DNA of 64,000 nucleotides from Gammaproteobacteria bacterium (GTDB lineage: Bacteria > Pseudomonadota > Gammaproteobacteria > UBA4575), in NCBI GenBank assembly GCA_965243395.1, contig CBDEUS010000001.1:416001-480000 (forward strand), in the 5' to 3' direction. A program made the translations under genes and the position numbers. The notes under the pieces are model-generated. The model made no database searches. It was given only the letters and a program-made list of their open reading frames with translations, and was not told where the DNA came from. Below, piece by piece: positions 20,932-31,756 of the stretch (the stretch's first letter is position 1; each line of letters starts with the position of its first letter).

Positions 20932-23004
20932 TTATAGAGAAAAATCGTAGTTGGGTTGTTCGCCAGGAGGTTGTAAAAAGTTACCTTGTGTATAATTGAT
21001 ACCTAGACTCCATAAGATCGACAGGGTGTCTGCATCTTCAATGAATTGCGCGATAACCTTCGTTCCAGCCGGTTTAAGGGCTTCTGCAATTTCACGGATA
21101 GCGTTCTGATTTTCTTGGTTGTCGCTGACCCCAGACATTAAGCTGTGACAAATCTTCACATAGTTTGCTGGGATTGCTTTCAATATTTTTGCAGGATTTT
21201 CACCTGCGCCGAATGCATCGATTGCAATTTCTGCTTTCATGCCTTGTAATGCAGTGACCAAATTTTTTGATTCTTTGAAATGAGAAATTAATACAGACTC
21301 TTTAATTTCAAAGCATACAAAGTTTGGTGAAATTCCATTGGTATTGAATTGTTCGCCTAACCAAGCCGGTAAATCTTTGTCCAAAATCGAATTAGAGCTT
21401 AATTTAATGAATAAGCGCATATCAGCGCCTTTATTGCGTAGTTCCGATAATTTCTTAAGCGCATTAAGAATAATCCAGCGGTCCAGCATTTTGCCAAAAC
21501 CCGTACGCTCAATTCGCATAACGAATTCACTGGCAGGGACAAGGTCATTTTCTTTATTTCGAAGTGCGGTATAGATCTGATAACGCTCTCCAGGCTCCCC
21601 GTGTAAGCTGATAATGGGTTGGTACAATAGAGCGAGGCGATTTTCTTTTACGGCTTCACGTAGTTTAAGGGTCCAGCGCTCGTCTTTCTCTTTTTCACCC
21701 ATCTGTTCATCATTAGGCTGGAAGATTACAATTTCATTTTTGTCATTTTCCCAAGCCTCATCACAACAATTTTTAGCTTTGTTTAAAATGTCTGGCACAT
21801 CCGTTGTGAACTGATCAATCTTTACAGCGCCAACCGCTGGTTTGATAGAAATGTAATCACTACCTGAAGACGTCATTAAATCTCCAAGACTTTTAATCAC
21901 ACTTGTTCCAAATGCTTGTATTTCTTTTGGATTGATATTGGATGTTAAAACACCGAAAGATTCTTCAGTTAACTTAGAAAGCGTTTCGCCGTGTGTGCAA
22001 CATTTACGTAAGGTGCGTGCCACATCACTACTAACTTTATCAATCGCGGCAATTCCAAACTTATCTTTTATATCACTGAAATTTGCAATATCAATCTGGA
22101 TAAATGCCTGCGACACTTTGCCTTGTGCAGCATCATTTGCAGCGGCATCGAGTTGATCCATAATTGAACGACGATGATAAAAACCAGTATGAACATCTCG
22201 TTCGCTTAAATAATTAAGTTGTTCTTCTAGATCTTTAGTATCTCCTCCACCTTCGCCACTTTGAATAACAATTTGAATGCAATCTTCGCCGGCTAGGCTG
22301 ACAGCATTGTAATTTAATTTGGCAGTAAAGTTTTCATCATCATCTTTTCTGAATGTTAAGCTAGTTTCACCTGGTTCTTTATTTTTAGAAAATGATTTTA
22401 ATAATCCTTTCATTTTAGATTGATCATCTGGAGCGACTAAATCCATGATAGACAATCCATATAATTCTTCGGTATTTGTATAACCAAATTTTTCTAGATA
22501 TTTTTCATTTGCATAAGTATGCATGCCCTCGTGTAGATAACAAATCGCATCACGTGAGCTCTCCATAAGTTTTTTGCAACGTATTTCTAGTTCATCACAA
22601 TTGGCTGCAATTTCTTTAAGTTCCTGGATATGAAATTGAGTTTTTGCGGTACTGTTTACGACTAACTGCAAATGTTCAGTGTTTTTTTTGTTTACTACAG
22701 AAGCAGCACCTTGTTGCATATAGGTGACTGGATCCTCATCAGATGATTTGGTTAGCGCAATAACGGGAATTTCAGGCGCACGTCCATTAATAGTTGTAAC
22801 TGTTTGCTCTAAAGTTACTTCACTATTCTCTAGAGCATGCAAAATGATATGCGGCTGTGCTTCGGTTAGGAGGTTAGTAAGATCATCCGCATCTTGGGCA
22901 ATTCGAGAACGCACAGCCACCCCTGATGTTTTGATGGAGCTGACCATTTCTTCAACATCATTGGGACTGCTGTCAACGAATATGAGTTGCAGCGGATGAT
23001 TCAT
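20932..23004 (-). CDS. fimX: FimX-like REC-PAS-degenerate GGDEF-degenerate EAL protein
   Basis: Domain order, SSRDAICYLHEGMHTYAN, LYQPIISLHG; adjacent to a FimW-like gene near parC/psd as in Pseudomonas. Confidence 0.75.
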   Translation of the reverse strand: MNHPLQLIFVDSSPNDVEEMVSSIKTSGVAVRSRIAQDADDLTNLLTEAQPHIILHALENSEVTLEQTVTTINGRAPEIPVIALTKSSDEDPVTYMQQGAASVVNKKNTEHLQLVVNSTAKTQFHIQELKEIAANCDELEIRCKKLMESSRDAICYLHEGMHTYANEKYLEKFGYTNTEELYGLSIMDLVAPDDQSKMKGLLKSFSKNKEPGETSLTFRKDDDENFTAKLNYNAVSLAGEDCIQIVIQSGEGGGDTKDLEEQLNYLSERDVHTGFYHRRSIMDQLDAAANDAAQGKVSQAFIQIDIANFSDIKDKFGIAAIDKVSSDVARTLRKCCTHGETLSKLTEESFGVLTSNINPKEIQAFGTSVIKSLGDLMTSSGSDYISIKPAVGAVKIDQFTTDVPDILNKAKNCCDEAWENDKNEIVIFQPNDEQMGEKEKDERWTLKLREAVKENRLALLYQPIISLHGEPGERYQIYTALRNKENDLVPASEFVMRIERTGFGKMLDRWIILNALKKLSELRNKGADMRLFIKLSSNSILDKDLPAWLGEQFNTNGISPNFVCFEIKESVLISHFKESKNLVTALQGMKAEIAIDAFGAGENPAKILKAIPANYVKICHSLMSGVSDNQENQNAIREIAEALKPAGTKVIAQFIEDADTLSILWSLGINYTQGNFLQPPGEQPNYDFSL

Positions 23005-23174
23005 AATTCTCGAGTATTCCGTACTTTAGGTGAATTTGACGTCAAAGGTCATTTTGGCAACTGGCTCAGGCTATGCAACAGGCAGACGACAATGCCTTTA
23101 TTTACACTTCTGAACGGTATCTGTAACCGATAAATTACTTGATAATTCAGGTACTTCAAGCCGCTTTTCATTTC

Positions 23175-24956
23175 TTAGTTAAGGTCCCCGGTTGGCATAT
23201 TTGGCATTTCAGAATAGGTGAATCTGGCAAATGAAATGGTCTGCTCTAGCTTGTCTTGAAATACAATATTTTGGTGCTTTTGATTGTGCTGAAGAACTAC
23301 GCTATCTCCATTTTCTGCAGCATTAGGAGGAGTGATCAAAGTTTTGATGGTAGCGCTTGAAGTTTTTTCCGTAATTTGTAGTACAAAATCAAAACCCTTT
23401 AGGCGTTCAAAATTTTGATGTGCGTCAATTACTTCTAACACCTCTACAGAGCCTGGTAAGGTTTCTAGCCCCATTTTTACACCTTGCTTTGATAGAGATT
23501 GCATCCAACGAATTACACCCAAACGCCATTCATCATTCGATTTGTCTTCTAGTCTAAGCAAAATGATATCGCCAACCTGAGATTGATAATCAGAAATGTT
23601 GTAAGAAGTTAAGCAGTATCCACCTTTACTGGCGTTGCTGACATCCCATGTTTGAACAACAGGATTAAGGCTAACTTTTTCAAGCTCTTTTTCTTCTTTT
23701 TGATGTTTTTCATTTTGAGTGTTGTTTTGTTCTGAAATTACGTTGCCACGGCTAACCCAGTCCCATGCATTTGCGCTGGATACTTCATAGCCCACTTTAT
23801 CTTCATCATCATTAAGGTTAAGAAATCGATTACCGCTTGTATTTTCAATTGGCATGAGTTCTAAGTTAGGCTTCATTTCACTATTGAGATCAATACTTGC
23901 ATCAGCAATGGTGACTCCTGTTAGCAAAATTTCTATTGCATCACGCAGGCCAATGACTATATGTAATCTTCCTTTTGCAGGTATGGCTCGTTTAGAGCTT
24001 CGGACGGGTTTGCTGGTGAGTTTGCTCAACAGGCGCTTAGCTAATGATTGATTTAACTCGGTAGACGCTGTTAATAAAGCATTATCAGGTCGGTCGGCTA
24101 TTTGTTCCAAGTCTTCAATTAATGAAGATGCTTTAACATAGCGATTTTTTGAAGATATCGGTATTTCATCATCTGGTAGTAAACGTACAGGTTTGGCAAG
24201 CGCTAAATTTATGTAGAAAGTATATTCACTATCAGTGGGTAATTTATCTGAAAGATCGGTTAAATGACTTGATTTATTTATATAGCCTGCAATTTTTTCT
24301 GCTTCCCCATGACCGTAAGTGTGTAAGTTAGCAAGTGATAATAAACAAGCTTGTGTAAATAGTATTTTTGGAGAAGATTTTGGATTTATTTCATCAATAT
24401 CATTTTTTATTTGTACGTTTGTAAAATTAAAATGTTCTGCTATACCATATAGCTGACATAAATCTTGCCAATAGCTTTGTGGTGGTTCTGAATATACTTG
24501 AGCAAGCGTAATATACTGCTCAAGTTGATAATACATTGCATGATGCACGCAAAATTCAATTTTTTTATTACTAAGAAAGCTATCGCGGTTTACTGTTTCT
24601 TGAATTACAATTCTGTAAGCAACTGCGAGCTCATTTAGAATATTTTGCTGTAGTTTTAAAACTTCATTTGCCTTTTTAGATAATGGGAAAGGCTGGGATT
24701 GTAAATATCTTCGTTGTTGTTTTAAAAACTCATGAGCAACAGGTCGCATGATCTCAATTGCAGCGAGCCTTTGTTTCGTTGAGTGGGCTTGGCGATTTGA
24801 ACGTTTTAAACCATCGTAAAATTGCTGTACTGCGAGATCTTTATCAACGTAGGGTAAATTTTTTATCCATTTGCGTAGATCACGAGGAAGTAAAGAAAAT
24901 TTATTCTCTGCCAAAGGGTCCTGATTTGGCATTGAGATATGAGTATCTAGAAGCAT
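23175..24956 (-). CDS. FimW-like c-di-GMP-binding protein (PilZ-like C-terminus)
   Basis: WIKNLPY N-terminus, RSSKR (RxxxR), NASKGGY, WRLGVIRW; upstream of the fimX-like gene. Confidence 0.65.
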   Translation of the reverse strand: MLLDTHISMPNQDPLAENKFSLLPRDLRKWIKNLPYVDKDLAVQQFYDGLKRSNRQAHSTKQRLAAIEIMRPVAHEFLKQQRRYLQSQPFPLSKKANEVLKLQQNILNELAVAYRIVIQETVNRDSFLSNKKIEFCVHHAMYYQLEQYITLAQVYSEPPQSYWQDLCQLYGIAEHFNFTNVQIKNDIDEINPKSSPKILFTQACLLSLANLHTYGHGEAEKIAGYINKSSHLTDLSDKLPTDSEYTFYINLALAKPVRLLPDDEIPISSKNRYVKASSLIEDLEQIADRPDNALLTASTELNQSLAKRLLSKLTSKPVRSSKRAIPAKGRLHIVIGLRDAIEILLTGVTIADASIDLNSEMKPNLELMPIENTSGNRFLNLNDDEDKVGYEVSSANAWDWVSRGNVISEQNNTQNEKHQKEEKELEKVSLNPVVQTWDVSNASKGGYCLTSYNISDYQSQVGDIILLRLEDKSNDEWRLGVIRWMQSLSKQGVKMGLETLPGSVEVLEVIDAHQNFERLKGFDFVLQITEKTSSATIKTLITPPNAAENGDSVVLQHNQKHQNIVFQDKLEQTISFARFTYSEMPNMPTGDLN

Positions 24957-25180
24957 AATTCCTTAGCTAAACAATGATTTAGTCCGTGTTTATATGGGGC
25001 GAAATATTTCCTACTTAAGTGTATAGATTTAAAGGCTTTTGAACTGTGATTTACCTTGCGACTTGTCTTTTAATTGTGGAGTTTTATCCGGAATGAGGAC
25101 TTAAAATTGATGATTACAACCAATAATGTGACGGTGTTGGCAATATGCGCCATCTCGCCATTCGAAGTTAAGACTGTGCT

Positions 25181-26236
25181 TCAGTAGCTTATTAAACTTT
25201 TAGCATCTTGCCCCGGCATTTCTCTAGCCAGCTTAGGAACCATATAACCAGGTAGTCGTTTAGCTACTTCACGCATTAATTTTTGCGCATGGGTTTCACT
25301 CACTTCAAAATGTGCGGCACCTTCAACTTTGTCTAGTGTGTGTAAGTAATAAGGAAGAATATTGTTGGCGAATAGCGCTTCACTTAGAGTTATTAAGGAT
25401 GCGCTGTCATCATTTATATTTTTTAACAAAACGCTTTGATTTAACAATGTACATTGCATTTTAACTAATTGTTGAATTTTGCTTGTAAATTCCTGGTTTA
25501 TTTCTTGTGCATGATTGATATGCAGCACCACAATAATTTTCAGTCTTGAATGAGTGATCCAATCTAGTAATTCATCGCAAACCCGATTTGGTATAACTAC
25601 AGGAAGTCGTGTATGAATTCTCAATCTTTTTATGTGATTGATTGCTTCAATTTTTTTAACCAAAGTTTTCAATTCTGAATCACTTAAAACTAATGGATCC
25701 CCGCCACTAAGAATAACTTCGTGAATGCTGGTATTTCTTTCCAACTCATTTAAAGCTTGTTGCCATGCATCATATCTGGGGTTTTGTTCAGAGTAAGGAA
25801 AATGTCTACGAAAACAATAACGACAATGTATTGCGCATCGACTCGTTGCCAATAACAATGCGCGACCATCGTATTTTTGTAATAGTCCTGTAGATGTAAC
25901 GCTTTGCAAATCTCCTACTGGATCTTTAGTAAACCCTTTTACGATTTGTTGTTCGTTTATTGAGGGTAGTATTTGCAATAACAGGGGGTCATTCGGATTA
26001 GACCTCTCCATACGTTGTATGTAACTTTTAGGAACACGCAAAGAGAATTGTTTATGAGACGATAAACTGATGGGTAATTGATCAGGTCTTAGATTAAGTA
26101 ACCTGCATAATTCATCAATGTCAGTAACAGAAGATTTATATTCGCGTTGCCAATTTGTTAGTTTATTTTCTTTTCTAACAGATAAAGTTGTTGGTTCTGA
26201 GAAAGTACAATCTCGTGTTAGACTAGCGTTGTTCAT
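25181..26236 (-). CDS. epmB: EF-P beta-lysylation lysine 2,3-aminomutase
   Basis: Radical SAM motif CAIHCRYCFRRHFPY, LSGGDPL, LRIHTRLP; divergent from efp. Confidence 0.94.
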   Translation of the reverse strand: MNNASLTRDCTFSEPTTLSVRKENKLTNWQREYKSSVTDIDELCRLLNLRPDQLPISLSSHKQFSLRVPKSYIQRMERSNPNDPLLLQILPSINEQQIVKGFTKDPVGDLQSVTSTGLLQKYDGRALLLATSRCAIHCRYCFRRHFPYSEQNPRYDAWQQALNELERNTSIHEVILSGGDPLVLSDSELKTLVKKIEAINHIKRLRIHTRLPVVIPNRVCDELLDWITHSRLKIIVVLHINHAQEINQEFTSKIQQLVKMQCTLLNQSVLLKNINDDSASLITLSEALFANNILPYYLHTLDKVEGAAHFEVSETHAQKLMREVAKRLPGYMVPKLAREMPGQDAKSLISY

Positions 26237-26269
26237 GGTACTAATAAATTTATAACTAATTAAATTAAT

Positions 26270-26839
26270 ATGGCAAGTTACAATACTAATGAATTTAGAG
26301 CAGGCTTAAAGCTAAATTTAGATGGTGAGCCTTATTCCATCATTGAAAATGAATTTGTAAAACCGGGTAAAGGTCAGGCATTTAATCGGGTGAAGGTTCG
26401 AAACCTTAAAACCGGGAGAGTGGTGGATCGTACTTTTAAGTCGGGTGAGTCTGTAGAAGCTGCTGACGTAATGGATACCGATATGCAATATTTGTATAAC
26501 GATGGAGAAGAGTGGCATTTCATGGAGCCAAATTCTTATGAGCAGTTTGCCGTAACTAAAGAGGCTATGGGTGATGCGGCACAATGGCTTAAAGGACAGG
26601 AAGAATGTGTGGTAACGCTTTTAGATGGTCAACCTCTATCCGTAACCGTGCCAAATTTTGTTGAATTGCAGATTGCAGAAACGGACCCGGGTGTACGTGG
26701 TGATACCGCTACGGGAGGCACTAAACCAGCAACCTTAGAGACTGGAGCAGTCGTAAAAGTACCATTATTTATCGAGGAAGGAGAAGTTCTGCGCATAGAC
26801 ACCAGGAGTGGTGAATATGTCTCGCGGGTTAAGGAATAA
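26270..26839 (+). CDS. efp: Elongation factor P
   Basis: [10 protein letters not shown] (modified Lys), [18 protein letters not shown]. Confidence 0.98.
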   Translation: MASYNTNEFRAGLKLNLDGEPYSIIENEFVKPGKGQAFNRVKVRNLKTGRVVDRTFKSGESVEAADVMDTDMQYLYNDGEEWHFMEPNSYEQFAVTKEAMGDAAQWLKGQEECVVTLLDGQPLSVTVPNFVELQIAETDPGVRGDTATGGTKPATLETGAVVKVPLFIEEGEVLRIDTRSGEYVSRVKE

Positions 26840-26852
26840 TTTTAAGTTTGTT

Positions 26853-27785
26853 ATGAGTTGGCAGCCCCGTGCATCGTTAAATGCCATTGAAGCTCGCGCT
26901 GAACTATTTGTAAAAATCCGTGAATTTTTTCGCGCCAAGAATGTACTTGAAGTAGAAACACCAATTCTTAATTCCTATACCGTTACGGATCAGCAAATAG
27001 AAAGTATTGCGACTGAGCATTCAATGTATTTACATACATCGCCCGAGTATGCGATGAAAAGATTGTTGGCTTTTTATCAACGCGATATATATCAAGTTTG
27101 TAAAGTCTTTCGAGCCGCTGAAAAGGGGGCGTATCATCATAGTGAATTCACTATGTTGGAATGGTATAGGCTAACTTGGAGTTATAAGGATTTAATGCAA
27201 GAAGTGACAGAGTTAGTGAAAACATTGCTATGTAATTCAGGTGAATCATTTGAAACGCAACAAATTAGTTATCAGCAGGCTTTTAAAAGTTACCTAAATA
27301 TTGACGTGCAAACAGCTAGTCAAGCAGACTATTTGCAAGTATGTGCAGATCACTCAGTTAAATTAAATACTGTTTTAAACGTTCAGCAATATCAAGAATT
27401 TGTTCTGGGCCAAATTATTGTTCCAAAGTTACAGCAAAATTGCTTGGTATTTATATATGACTACCCAGTTGAACAAGCAGCTTTGGCTCGGATTAACTCT
27501 GAAGCTTGTGCAGAGCGCTTTGAGCTATATTTCAATGGCATTGAATTGGCAAATGGTTTTCAAGAGCTCACGGATGCAAAAGAGCAAGAGTTACGTTTTG
27601 AAGAGGATAATCGTAAGCGATTACAAGCAAATAAAAATGCAATCGATATAGATAAAAATTTTATTGCCGCACTAGATTCGGGTCTTCCTGAATGCGCTGG
27701 AGTTGCTTTAGGAGTAGATCGCTTGTTAATGATAATCTTGGGTGTCAAACATATAGAAGAGGTTTTATCTTTACCTGTTTCATAA
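26853..27785 (+). CDS. epmA: EF-P lysine aminoacylase
   Basis: LHTSPEYAMKRLL, EFTMLEWY, ELANGFQEL, GVALGVDRL; ATG at 26853 (MSWQP) preferred as start. Confidence 0.94.
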   Translation: MSWQPRASLNAIEARAELFVKIREFFRAKNVLEVETPILNSYTVTDQQIESIATEHSMYLHTSPEYAMKRLLAFYQRDIYQVCKVFRAAEKGAYHHSEFTMLEWYRLTWSYKDLMQEVTELVKTLLCNSGESFETQQISYQQAFKSYLNIDVQTASQADYLQVCADHSVKLNTVLNVQQYQEFVLGQIIVPKLQQNCLVFIYDYPVEQAALARINSEACAERFELYFNGIELANGFQELTDAKEQELRFEEDNRKRLQANKNAIDIDKNFIAALDSGLPECAGVALGVDRLLMIILGVKHIEEVLSLPVS

Positions 27786-28634
27786 ATTCGCATCTAGGGC
27801 TTGTCCTAATGCTTGTCCCATTTTGACTTCTTGCTGAAGCTCGAAATGATCATGCCAGGAAATTTTATTACTCTCGAAGGCTACGATAACAGTGGAGCCC
27901 ATATTAAAAATACCTAATTCCTGGCCTTTTTTAAGATGCACATCAGAATATGTTTTGCGAGCAATTCGCTTTCCGTGAGGCGGGGTGACTAATCCTTCCC
28001 ATGCCATTTCAATGGCTGCAACATTAACCGCTCCCACCATCACGACTGCCATGTAACCCACTTCAGTAGAGAAAATGGAGATCACACGTTCGTTTCTACT
28101 GTATAAGCCTTTAATTACTTCAGCAGCATAAGGCGCTACACTAAATAAACGACCAGGCACATATATCATTTCTACCAATTTGCCTTCAAAGGGCATGTGT
28201 ACGCGATGATAGTTTTTCGGAGATAGATAAATAGTAGTAAAACTGCCCGAATCACATAGAGATCCGTAATTATTGTCACCACCCAATAGTTGTGACATAG
28301 AAAAATATTGTCCTTTTGCCTGAATGACTTGGTCATTCTCATATTCTTGTATTTGGCTAATGCGGCCGTCTGCGGGACAGACAATTGAACTAGTGTTTTC
28401 ATTAATTGGTCGTGCACCTTGTATTAATTTTCGTGTGAAAAAATTATTGAAGGTTGAAAATTGTTCCGGACTTTGTAATACGGAATCCCGCAAATCAACA
28501 TCAAATACGCGCATAAAAATGCGAATTGCAGGGCTAGTAAGTGGTGTTTCTAGGCGAGTTAACCAAAAAGTAAAACGCGATACTAAATGATGGGGGAATA
28601 AATGGAATAATATTCCCTTAAAGTGCTTCCACAT
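27780..28634 (-). CDS. psd: Phosphatidylserine decarboxylase
   Basis: FNNFFTRKL, CPADG, YLSPKNYHRVHMP, NERV, self-cleavage site FNMGST. Confidence 0.95.
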   Translation of the reverse strand: MWKHFKGILFHLFPHHLVSRFTFWLTRLETPLTSPAIRIFMRVFDVDLRDSVLQSPEQFSTFNNFFTRKLIQGARPINENTSSIVCPADGRISQIQEYENDQVIQAKGQYFSMSQLLGGDNNYGSLCDSGSFTTIYLSPKNYHRVHMPFEGKLVEMIYVPGRLFSVAPYAAEVIKGLYSRNERVISIFSTEVGYMAVVMVGAVNVAAIEMAWEGLVTPPHGKRIARKTYSDVHLKKGQELGIFNMGSTVIVAFESNKISWHDHFELQQEVKMGQALGQALDANL

Positions 28635-28642
28635 ATTCTTAA

Positions 28643-29317
28643 TTAACTTTGTTGTTTTCGACTATACGCTTGGCTAATTATTTTAAAATCATCAGTTATA
28701 GTTTTTGCATCATGAGGCGTGCTAAACAATGCAGCAAGCTTTCCATTAGGTGCGATCACAAAAATATGTGCACTATGATCAACTAAATAATTTTCAGTAT
28801 CACTGTTTTGAATGGAATAAATTGCGCCTAAGTTTTGTGTAAGTGTATTGATCTGATTCTCGTTTCCAGTTAGTCCGATCATTTCATTATTAAAGTGCGC
28901 CACATATTCTTTAATTTTTTCAGGCTTATCTCGTTCAGGGTCCACAGAAATAAATATGTTTTGTGCAGAAATGCTTTTATCTAGCTGATCACTTACTTGA
29001 TCCATCACACTAAGCGTAATAGGGCATATATCCGGACAGTTTGTGAAGCCAAAAAATATAAAACTCCATGTATTTTTTAGGTCTTTATTACTAAATTCCA
29101 AACCATTTTGATTTGTCATTTTGAAAGTCGGGAGCTCGCGAGGTTGTTCGAGCAGGGAAACTGCTTTTTGAAGGTTATCAATATTCGCGCTCCCACGAAA
29201 AAAATGTTGAGCGCTATAAAAAGCAATTCCTATTGTGAATGCTGCAATTGCAAAAAGAAGAATACGAATTGTACGGCCTTGTTGCATTTCTATCTTGTTA
29301 TGCATCGTGGATTTCAT
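28643..29317 (-). CDS. SCO1/SenC copper chaperone
   Basis: FFGFTNCPDICP, SVDPERD, VDHSA. Confidence 0.9.
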   Translation of the reverse strand: MKSTMHNKIEMQQGRTIRILLFAIAAFTIGIAFYSAQHFFRGSANIDNLQKAVSLLEQPRELPTFKMTNQNGLEFSNKDLKNTWSFIFFGFTNCPDICPITLSVMDQVSDQLDKSISAQNIFISVDPERDKPEKIKEYVAHFNNEMIGLTGNENQINTLTQNLGAIYSIQNSDTENYLVDHSAHIFVIAPNGKLAALFSTPHDAKTITDDFKIISQAYSRKQQS

Positions 29318-29439
29318 AGTTATAGCATCATGGGTTCATAGCTGTACGGTAAATTCATGAAGATATTATTTCACAGCTACTATGCTTGTATATCAAGCGA
29401 AGTAGATAGTTTTGTATAACATAATGTTAGAATTAGAGA

Positions 29440-30537
29440 ATGTCAGGTAATTCAATTGGTAAGCTTTTCACAGTAACTTCATTTGGGGAAAGTCATGGCA
29501 AGGCCATAGGCTGCATTGTGGATGGCTGCCCTCCTGGTTTGGCGCTTTCAGAACAAGACTTGCAAATCGACTTAGAGCGACGCCGCCCTGGGAAATCGCG
29601 TCATACCACACAACGTCGCGAGCCCGATCAGGTTGAGATCCTATCAGGTACGTTTGAAGGGCTCACTACAGGGTCGCCGATTGGCTTAATTATTTATAAC
29701 AAGGATGCACGCTCAAAAGATTATTCTGATATTAAAGATCAGTTTCGCCCTGGGCACGCTGATTACACCTATTTAAAAAAATATGGTTTACGCGACTACC
29801 GAGGAGGTGGACGCTCATCTGCGCGGGAAACTGCGATGCGCGTTGCGGCAGCAGGAATTGCACGAAAATACTTGCAAGAAAAATTTGGCATTATCATCCG
29901 CGCATACTTAGCGCAACTTGGAGAACTTTTAATTGAGCATAAAGACTGGAATGCTGTTGAGAACAATCCATTTTTTTGTCCAGACGACAGTAAAGTACCA
30001 GAATTAGAAAATTATATGGATGAATTGCGCAAGCAAGGAGATTCCGTGGGCGCACGTGTAAATGTGGTCGCCAGTGGTGTACCGGTAGGATTAGGTGAGC
30101 CAGTATTTGATCGTATTGATGCTGATATTGCACATGCAATGATGAGTATAAATGCAGTTAAAGGTGTAGAAATTGGTGCAGGATTTAAAAGTGTCGCACA
30201 AAAAGGATCGGAGCATCGTGACGAAATTACTCCTCAAGGTTTCCTTAGTAATCATGCAGGTGGCACCTTAGGTGGTATAACAAGTGGACAAGATATATTT
30301 GCCAGTGTGGCATTTAAACCTACATCAAGTATTCGTGTACCGGGTAAAACTGTAAACATAAATGGTGAAGCAACTGAGATTGTTACCAAGGGTAGACATG
30401 ACCCTTGTGTTGGAATCCGAGGTGTGCCGATTGTAGAAGCAATGTTAGCGCTCGTGCTAATGGATCATGTACTACGACATCGTGCGCAAAATACAGATGT
30501 GGAATGTGCAACCCCAGACATACCGCCTACTGTTTAA
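29440..30537 (+). CDS. aroC: Chorismate synthase
   Basis: [29 protein letters not shown]. Confidence 0.98.
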   Translation: MSGNSIGKLFTVTSFGESHGKAIGCIVDGCPPGLALSEQDLQIDLERRRPGKSRHTTQRREPDQVEILSGTFEGLTTGSPIGLIIYNKDARSKDYSDIKDQFRPGHADYTYLKKYGLRDYRGGGRSSARETAMRVAAAGIARKYLQEKFGIIIRAYLAQLGELLIEHKDWNAVENNPFFCPDDSKVPELENYMDELRKQGDSVGARVNVVASGVPVGLGEPVFDRIDADIAHAMMSINAVKGVEIGAGFKSVAQKGSEHRDEITPQGFLSNHAGGTLGGITSGQDIFASVAFKPTSSIRVPGKTVNINGEATEIVTKGRHDPCVGIRGVPIVEAMLALVLMDHVLRHRAQNTDVECATPDIPPTV

Positions 30538-30568
30538 ATTTACTCTAGTAGTTTAATTTCAATTTAAA

Positions 30569-31735
30569 ATGTTAAGAAAGCAGAAACTTTCTGCCGAGCG
30601 TCATTCGCTTGCGGGATTTTACTTTTTTTATTTTGCAAGCATTGGGGTTTTCCTTCCTTACTGGAATTTATATTTAAAACACCTGGATTTTTCTGCGCGA
30701 CAAATTGGCGAATTGTCTGCAGTACTTCTCGCTACAAAGATATTTGCACCTTATATTTGGGGCTGGATCGCTGATCACACAGGTAAGCGTTTGCTAGCAA
30801 TTCGTTTAGCCGCATTCATTGGTATGGCAATTTTTTCAATCGTAACGGTTATACATGGTTATTGGCCATTACTTGTAGTTTTGGCTGCATTTAGTTTTTT
30901 CTGGAATGCAACGCTACCTCAATTTGAAGCTGCAACGATGAATAACTTGGGTGATAACAAGCATATGTATAGCCGTATTCGTTTGTGGGGATCAATTGGC
31001 TTTATTGTTACAGCTTCGCTATTGGCTCCATTCATCGAACGCTTTGGTATTCAATATTTGCCATGGGTGATTTTAGTAATTTTGTTATTAACCTGGAGTA
31101 ATACACTGTTCGTGAGTGAAACTCAGCACGGAATAAAAAATACTGTAAGTTCATCAGTATTGAAAACATGTTTGAAGCCCGCAGTATTTTCTTTGTTAGT
31201 GGCATGTTTTCTCATTCAAGTAAGTCACGGGCCTTATTACACCTTCTTCAGCATCTATGCAGAAGACAATGGCTATTCGCGTACATTGATTGGGCAATTA
31301 TGGTCTCTCGGAGTCATTGCAGAAGTCGTTGTATTTTTCTATGTGCATCGTTGGCTCCCCTCAATTGGGGCTAAAACATTATTAGTAGTAGCAATGTTGT
31401 TAACCGTGATTCGCTGGTGGTTAATTGCTTTATACGTAGAATATTTACCGGTACTCATTTTTGCACAATTGTTACACGCAGCTTCTTACGGGTTATTTCA
31501 TGCTTCGGCGATACAGCTCATAGATGAATATTTTTCTGGAAGCATTCAAGGCCGTGGCCAAGCTTTGTTTTCCAGCATCAGCTTTGGGCTTGGTGGCTCG
31601 CTTGGGAGTCTCATAAGCGGGTATACTTGGAACTCAGTCGGGCCTTCCTATGTATATATATTGGCGATGTGTATTGCCTTACTCGCCATGATTCAGTTCA
31701 TATGGATTGCAAAGCCACGTTTCGGCAAGGCTTGA
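30569..31735 (+). CDS. MFS transporter (HcaT/MFS_1-like)
   Basis: About 12 TM segments, WGWIADHTG, YSRIRLWGSIGF, QLLHAASYG. Confidence 0.85.
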   Translation: MLRKQKLSAERHSLAGFYFFYFASIGVFLPYWNLYLKHLDFSARQIGELSAVLLATKIFAPYIWGWIADHTGKRLLAIRLAAFIGMAIFSIVTVIHGYWPLLVVLAAFSFFWNATLPQFEAATMNNLGDNKHMYSRIRLWGSIGFIVTASLLAPFIERFGIQYLPWVILVILLLTWSNTLFVSETQHGIKNTVSSSVLKTCLKPAVFSLLVACFLIQVSHGPYYTFFSIYAEDNGYSRTLIGQLWSLGVIAEVVVFFYVHRWLPSIGAKTLLVVAMLLTVIRWWLIALYVEYLPVLIFAQLLHAASYGLFHASAIQLIDEYFSGSIQGRGQALFSSISFGLGGSLGSLISGYTWNSVGPSYVYILAMCIALLAMIQFIWIAKPRFGKA

Positions 31736-31756
31736 AATTTTTAATGTTTAAAACTT

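Noticed and set aside
25040-25145. CRP/Vfr-like TGTGA half-sites upstream of the fimW-like gene
   Set aside because: The second half-sites (TTGCG, TGGCA) match TCACA poorly.
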